Source of the DNA: Eledone cirrhosa
Lineage: Eukaryota
Reading direction: 5' to 3'
DNA: 64,000 bases
Assembly: GCA_964016885.1 (NCBI GenBank)
Contig: OZ024743.1
Location: 108,128,001-108,192,000, forward strand
Shown here: one piece after another, positions 57,501 to 64,000 of the stretch
How positions within the stretch are numbered: the first letter of the stretch is position 1
Layout: every line of letters begins with the position of its first letter
The notes under the pieces: generated by a model
Seen by the model: only the letters and a program-made list of their open reading frames with translations
Database searches by the model: none
What the model was told of the DNA's origin: nothing
Program-made: the position numbers and the translations under genes

Positions 57501-57887
57501 AAAGACTTCCAGGCGTCTAAAGAAGTACGGCCGTCCTGTCCCAGTAGGGGCGTAGACGGTCACCAGTCTAAAGGCACCACCTTCGGTATTGTTCACGTCC
57601 AGGACCACCAACTTCCCGTCCGCGTCCTGGAAGATCAACCTTACCTCGAGATCCAGGCCTTTCCTAATCAACACTGCCACCCCACCTCCCATTCCCGACC
57701 GACTAACAGATGCACAGATCTGATAGTCGTCGAAAATGGGGGCTAGTGCGCACGTGTCATAAATCTTGGTCTCGCTGACAGCAATTACATCCATTTCTAA
57801 AGACCTGACGTCGTTGAGCAGGTGACCCTGCTTCCAGGTCGTTCTCAGGCCTCGAACATTTAAATTTCCTACTCTTAATACGGCCAT
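54566..57887 (-). pseudogene. ORF2 (APE endonuclease + RT + zinc motif) of the Tx1-type LINE
   Basis: EN motifs GNLNVRGL, VSETK, VYAP, AGDWN. RT motifs SPGLDGLPYELY, PITLLNTEFKI, LDQSKAFD, VRQGCPLS, A*ADD. C-terminal CPRC. Confidence 0.92.
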
Positions 57888-57918
57888 GTTGGCAGATTAA
57901 AAGAGAGAGAGGAGAGGT

Positions 57919-59112
57919 TTATTTACCTTCCGGGCTCTTGTGAAGGTCGGGTGGTTTGACCTCCATAGTTGGTGGGGTTTCTTTTGGGAACCCCTTTAAA
58001 AGTCTTAAAGTGGGTTTTACGTTTCTGGGTTCCGACGTCCCGAGGAAAGCTGTCTCGTATCTCTTTGTATAAATAGACCGACATTCGCACCAGAAACAAA
58101 TCTTCCGGCACGCAAAATGTGCTCGATTTAAAAATTTCCCCCTGTTTTTTGTATATTTTGACATCGTGCTACGAGGGCCATCAGTTCCTGACTAGCACGA
58201 AGTTTTGTATGTTTTGTTGGTGTGATTTTATTTGTTTGCGTGGTTGTGGTGGTGATTGTTTTGGTGGTGTTGTTTCGGTTGTATCTGTGTTTGTTGTGAG
58301 TGTGGTGTCTGTGGTTTCAGATGTTTGTGTGTATATTTGTTCTTGCGTCGATTTAGGTTGGTTGCTTTTGGGGGATTCTGGTGATGGTGATGGTGGTGTT
58401 GATGTTGGTGTTATTGGAGAGATGTTTAAGTGGGTGGTGTCTGCATTTTTTATGGGGCTGATTTTGTGCATTGTTGAGTTTTTTTTTTCCATTTTGTGTT
58501 TCTTTTTTTGAATTTTGGGGGATTTTGGTTTTCCCTCATCTTCACTACTGGTAGATGAGTGGTCTGTGTCTGTGTGTGTGTTTATGTTTTTATTGATGTG
58601 TGTATTTTGGGGCGGCGGGAGGGGAGATTTGACAACTTTCCTCGTTTCCCCCCTGGGTAGTCAATATTGGTGGTGGTCTTTCTGTTAGTGTTGTTGTTGG
58701 TGGTTTTACAGGTGCTGGTGTTGGTTGAGGTCCTCGCCCCTGCGTCGGCAGCAGTGGAGCCCTTCGACCCCTTGCATCTTTCAGCAGTTGAGGGCAGACG
58801 GCTTGCCAATGGGTTTTTTGCTCACAAACAAAACAATGCAGCCTTTTACCCTCGGTCATAATATGAATGACTGTCCCATTCTGAAGGTGGATGTGGTCCG
58901 GAATTGTTTTCACATTCTCGGGCCTGATCTGGAGAAGTATCGCCGGGTCAACCCCGGATAAATCCTCTCTGGCCGTTCTCGTCACATCTATCGGGACGGT
59001 ACCCGTCCCCTCCACAATCACACATCCCAGAAGTCACCACATGTCAAGTCCTGGCGGGATTCTGGGAATGCGTAGATGGGCCATTCTCTTTTCCAATGTG
59101 GGAGGGGTACAT
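57919..59112 (-). pseudogene. ORF1 (gag-like zinc knuckle plus Thr/Pro-rich region) of the Tx1-type LINE
   Basis: CFVCEQKTHWQAVC fits CX2CX4HX4C. A low-complexity segment follows, and the stop lies ~30 nt before the ORF2 ATG at 57887. Confidence 0.75.
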
Positions 59113-59149
59113 TATGACCTTGCTGGTTTTGCAAGGACTACTACTAATA

Positions 59150-59348
59150 ATAATGATAATAATTGTTTCTACTTTAGGCACAAGGCCAGCAATTACCCAG
59201 TGCATTACTGGTACTTTATTTTATCGACCCCGTAAGGATGAAAGGCAAAGTCAACCTCGGCGGGATTTGAACTCAAATCGTAAAGGGACGTAACTATACT
59301 GGAAAGCATGGCGTCCGACTCTCTACCGATACAGCCAATTCACGGCCC
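59150..59348 (-). mobile_element. tRNA-derived SINE, full length
   Basis: Head, B box and body present; tgataataat occurs on both flanks. Confidence 0.9.
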
Positions 59349-59731
59349 TTTGATAATAATAATACTATAACTAACACGAACGTCACTACTGCTAGTATTA
59401 CTACGATTACAGCTACTATTATTACCACCACCCCTATTACAACCACCGTCAGTACTACTACTACACATACCCAGCGGATTGTATGTACTTTTGTAACAAT
59501 ATCCTAACTGGAATAGTCATTTAATAGGCAACACAAACTTCAAGAAATGCTAATAGGAGAGATAGAACAGACAGAAAAAAAGTATGTTGTGGTATAATTT
59601 TCGACTTTCAGTGGAATAAAGATGGCGGGCTTGTTGAAAATAAGAGGGGAGACAGTAACAAGAACTCATAAAAAAAATTAACGTGGGGAATATAAAATTT
59701 CCAGGAAATCAATACTAATGTGTGTTTATAT

Positions 59732-59815
<84 letters not shown>

Positions 59816-59824
59816 CCACATATC

Positions 59825-59901
<77 letters not shown>

Positions 59902-60561
59902 ATATATATATATACAGCAACACGCTCACATCCACTCGTATATATGTATTCCTCTGTCCGTCTTTTTCTACATATATATAATGTGTGTGTGTGTGTGTGT
60001 GTGTGTCTGTGACTCTGTGTGGTATTTGCTGTTATACAAATAAGTATTGTTTCCTGGTTTCCAGTTTTGTTCTTTTTCCAGACTTTAAGCCACCAGAGAG
60101 TAACATTTCGTATTATTCTCATATACAATCATAAAATAAATTGAAGGTTTATCATATGCCGGTGTAAGCGCGTCATTTCCGTAACATGTATATCTTTCAT
60201 TTAGAGGTTTCGATGTTAGCCAACTAAACAGATATAAAAATTCTGAAAAGTACGGCAGCTCTTTGAAAGCTATTATAACGCAGGTTAAGCAATTTAATAG
60301 TCAAAGAAATTGGGCTTATAAACAACTATAAACTGGAAAAAAAAATGGATTCTTACGGATGAATATGTCTACCTTTCGTTTAAAGTAATTTATAGCTCCA
60401 AATTGTTTAATGGTTAAACCTAAATTATACCAGCTTAAATAATTTGATATATTTTTAAAATTGAAATTAGTTCACCGCTTTGTAAATCGAGTATTACTTT
60501 CTTTAGTTATTAACATGTTTATTGTTATATTAATATTCATATTATCTATCTTCTTTTTTAG

Positions 60562-60615
60562 GTAAGTACAATGGACAATCTATACAACTTTTATTTGCTA
60601 TGCTGCTTCTGTCAG
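60562..60615 (+). other. Candidate 54-nt exon whose first bases form a second 5' splice site
   Basis: tctatcttcttttttAG|GTAAGTaca...ctgtcag|GTAAGG. The length is divisible by 3, and the phase-1 frame reads KYNGQSIQLLFAMLLLS. Confidence 0.45.
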
Positions 60616-61366
60616 GTAAGGTGTTTTACGTCATGTCTGTGCTAGAACAAAGTACGGCATATCATGCTATATGTTTGGTCATCTGTGATATATTTATAAG
60701 TGGACCTATAACAACTTCTTATTGAAGAATACTCGTCGCCTGTCTGGATATGGGGTTAGGTTTCTCTCAGTTGAATAAAATAGAGTGTTTTCGCATTTTC
60801 CAGTAGTCTTGACATGACAACATGTTTTCGTTTGAATATTATGCGCTTGAAAGCATGAACGTTAAATATTTTACGATTATGATTAAAATCTATTTGAGAA
60901 CAACGGTTCTTATATGTCTATAATTTGCATAACACTGAATGATACAATAATCCAATACTGACATATAACTATGTGTATGATGAAGAAGCAAATGAGCCTC
61001 AAAGTAGCTGCTAGAAATCACCAACAGATCTACATCAAAACATATTCTGCTGTCCTTAAAATATAAAGACTTTGGGAAATGTGTTATGGGTTGAATGGTT
61101 TTCAGCATAAATATGGAGGATCAAATTTGCTCTGATACTAAACAACAAAAGCAAAATCTGACGTGTACCGTTACAAATATATAACTATAGCCCTTAAATA
61201 TGTTGATTATGTTGGAATTTAATCGAAGCCAATCTTCGAGTTATTAAAAATATAATTCCTGAAAAGTTTGATCTTTGATCTGATATAAACCGTCTTGACC
61301 TACCCTCCAAAAAAAGGCATACTCGTTGCAATTGTTTCCCTACATACAGTATATATATACTGTGTG

Positions 61367-61425
<59 letters not shown>

Positions 61426-61573
61426 GGATAGTATTTGGTTATGTATATGCTAACACTTTTTATAGTTATATATATTTTCAAACCTAAACAGTGAAGGTCA
61501 GTAATTAATTACTACCTTATTACCAGTAAGATAAATAGCTCAACGTAATAACATCAGTTGTTCTACAGAGCAG

Positions 61574-61646
<73 letters not shown>

Positions 61647-61913
61647 AATGTATATAAATGAAAATATAGAAATTAATGTGAGAAATAAGCCAATAGTATT
61701 TCATAATATATAAGTGACTATAACGTCAAAATGGAAAATAATTAACGTAAGATGTGGGAAAATAATTCAAACTCAATTAAACAAAAATCGAGACAGAGAT
61801 TTTATCCACAGATTTTGTGAAATCCCGGGAAAAAAAAATACAGTCTTAACTCAGAATAAAACAAAGTTTAAATACTCATCCTTCAATTTGGAAAAACTAC
61901 AAATGCTCTATAT

Positions 61914-61986
61914 AGTCTTAAACAGACTATTTCACGAAACTTTTTAGTGGGAATGGTGACGGTTGGAGTCGTTCCTCAGTAGAGCT
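61914..61986 (-). ncRNA. Degenerate hammerhead motif
   Basis: CUGAGGA-ACGA...UCGU-GAAA-UAGUCUG-UU. The core and helix II base are intact, but helix I pairs poorly. Confidence 0.45.
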
Positions 61987-62414
61987 CAAACACGATAACC
62001 CAAAGCCACTGCCAAAATATGCCAAAAAGGGAATTTAAAAGCAGGCTAGTTCACCTCGTCCGTAATTATGAAAATAAACACACATGGAGAGACATGGCTG
62101 GTGACGTCAGAATGAGACGAATGTCTATTTATAAGAAACAGCAGTCAAAAACATTCCGAAAGTAATTTACAAAATGTAAGGAGTTCAGCAAAAAAGCAAT
62201 ATTATCGCGGTTTAAAAAAAAAGACCGGGATTAGTCACAAATAATTTTAAGCACTCTAGGAAGAAATTCCGAGTATAAATATAAATGAAAATATAGACAT
62301 TAATGTGAGCAAGAAGACAATATATATATATCTATATATATATATGTGTGTGGGGGGGGGGGGGGGTGTGCGTGAGCGGTAGTGTATGTGTTTGTGAGTG
62401 TACATGCATGTGTA

Positions 62415-62637
62415 CATCCATACTAAAGCTAAAGTCTACGTGACTTGTGTATTGTCTTCCATACTGTACGCTAATGCGATGTGGGTTACTAACCGGAAGC
62501 ATCTAAAACAGCTGGAGCATTTTCACCAACAGTGCGGTCGGCGAATATTGGGTCTACATTGGAGGATGTATGCTTGTGGTATTGAGATCCTTAACAGAAA
62601 TCACTGTCAGAATAACGAGTCGATTATCTTGCAACAT
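62415..62637 (+). mobile_element. RTE-BovB-type LINE fragment (post-RT region)
   Basis: TKAKVYVTCVLSSILYANAMWVTNRKHLKQLEHFHQQCGRRILGLHW resembles TKxxVYxAxVLxxLLYGxExW....LExFHxxCLRxIL. Confidence 0.8.
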
Positions 62638-62688
62638 ACACGCACACATATATATACATATATACATATATACATATATACATATGCG

Positions 62689-62725
<37 letters not shown>

Positions 62726-63026
62726 ATGTTAAATATATATGTATAGTCATGCATTCGTACATGCATACATACATACTTAGTCTCCACAACATAGTGTGGA
62801 TGTACAACTATCCTGAGAACCAGAATAGCACTCCGATTGCAAAGCAAACGGATTTATTTTTTTAGAACGGGAAGTGGATTTGAGGACAACAAATTTCGTC
62901 TACACATCCTCCACCATCCCCACCATTTACGTTTGTCATTATTGTTTGTATCAGTGTTGTGGTATTATTATTGTCGTTGTTGCTGCTATGTTCACCCTCA
63001 AGTAGCGGGAAACTAGACCAGAAAGG

Positions 63027-63143
<117 letters not shown>

Positions 63144-63445
63144 ATTAACAAACATTTAAAAGGACAACTAGAAAAAAGAAACAAAACCTGGCCACTTGTC
63201 AGTATCGCCACCTTACGTTTGCAAGAGTAAAGAATCATTAATGCTTGACAGGGAGCCATTTTGAATGTTGTTGCTGGTGCTCATATTGCATTTGTGTCTG
63301 ACTCTTTTGTTTTATGTATTTAGATTTGTTTTTGTATGTTGTATGTTTTTGCCACATTTATTGGCATTTCTCTTGATATTGTTTTAGTTTGAGATATGTT
63401 AAAGTTGTAGCAATTCTATAGCTATGAATGTGTTTGGCTATGTAA

Positions 63446-63494
<49 letters not shown>

Positions 63495-64000
63495 ATGATG
63501 CATATATATTTGTATGTCTGTGAGTGTGTGTGGTGTGTGGGTGGTATGTGGAGGAGTGTGTTGAAAACATTGTTAAAACAGCTAATGGGAAAAACACAAG
63601 GTTTTTAACAAGGAGTTCGGGCGAGAAAAACCTTACTAAGGTACACCGGATTGGGCTCGTGTCAGGGTTGGATTAATTCCCTCCGTTTCAAAAGAGTGGG
63701 TTTGCATGTGAATGGGGAAGAGATAAATTGCTAAGTTACAGCATTTTGGGAGATCTGGGGAGTTAAAGAGGCCAAAAGAGAAAGAGAACATGTGTGTGTC
63801 TACGTGTGTGTGTTTTTGTGTGCGTATGAGGATGTGTGTGTGTAGAGGAATAAAAATAATTGGACGAATGATTTTTCATGCACCAGGACCTTCTCGAAAT
63901 AGAAACCAAATGTTCCTTAAATTAACCATGGTAAAATCCATTGTTTACTGTGGCATGATAAACGTAATTTCTAGATACACCTTTCTTCATAGGTCTGCTA

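Larger units (their letters stand above)
54283..59112 (-). mobile_element. Degenerate Tx1/L1-type LINE (ORF1 + ORF2), 5'-truncated
   Basis: ORF1 has a CCHC knuckle. ORF2 has EN, RT and a C-terminal CxxC motif, followed by a 3' UTR. Many stops and frameshifts. Confidence 0.93.

Overview
AT-rich eukaryotic non-coding DNA, almost certainly animal. The repeat content suggests Octopus/coleoid cephalopod, which is inferred from recognition and not from a search. No intact host protein-coding gene is visible, and nearly all ORFs in the track are translations of (TA)n, (CA)n, (GA)n, (TAG)n or (GAA)n microsatellites. The window holds decayed non-LTR retrotransposons: an RTE element (12735-15402, +), a Tx1/L1-type element (54283-59112, -), and fragments of R4/Dong, HERO-like, RTE-BovB and Penelope elements. 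It also holds more than 12 copies of one tRNA-derived SINE and a bipartite non-autonomous RTE derivative. The most notable hidden signal is a set of type I hammerhead ribozyme motifs (CUGANGA...GAAA, palindromic helix III, GUH site) in short Penelope-like units embedded in (TA)n tracts. Some carry unusually long, structured helix II insertions, and one pair of copies shows a compensatory base-pair change. Also notable are many fold-back palindromes centred on (TA)n or at element ends, and a candidate recursive splice site with a 54-nt exon at 60562-60615. All folds were done by eye.
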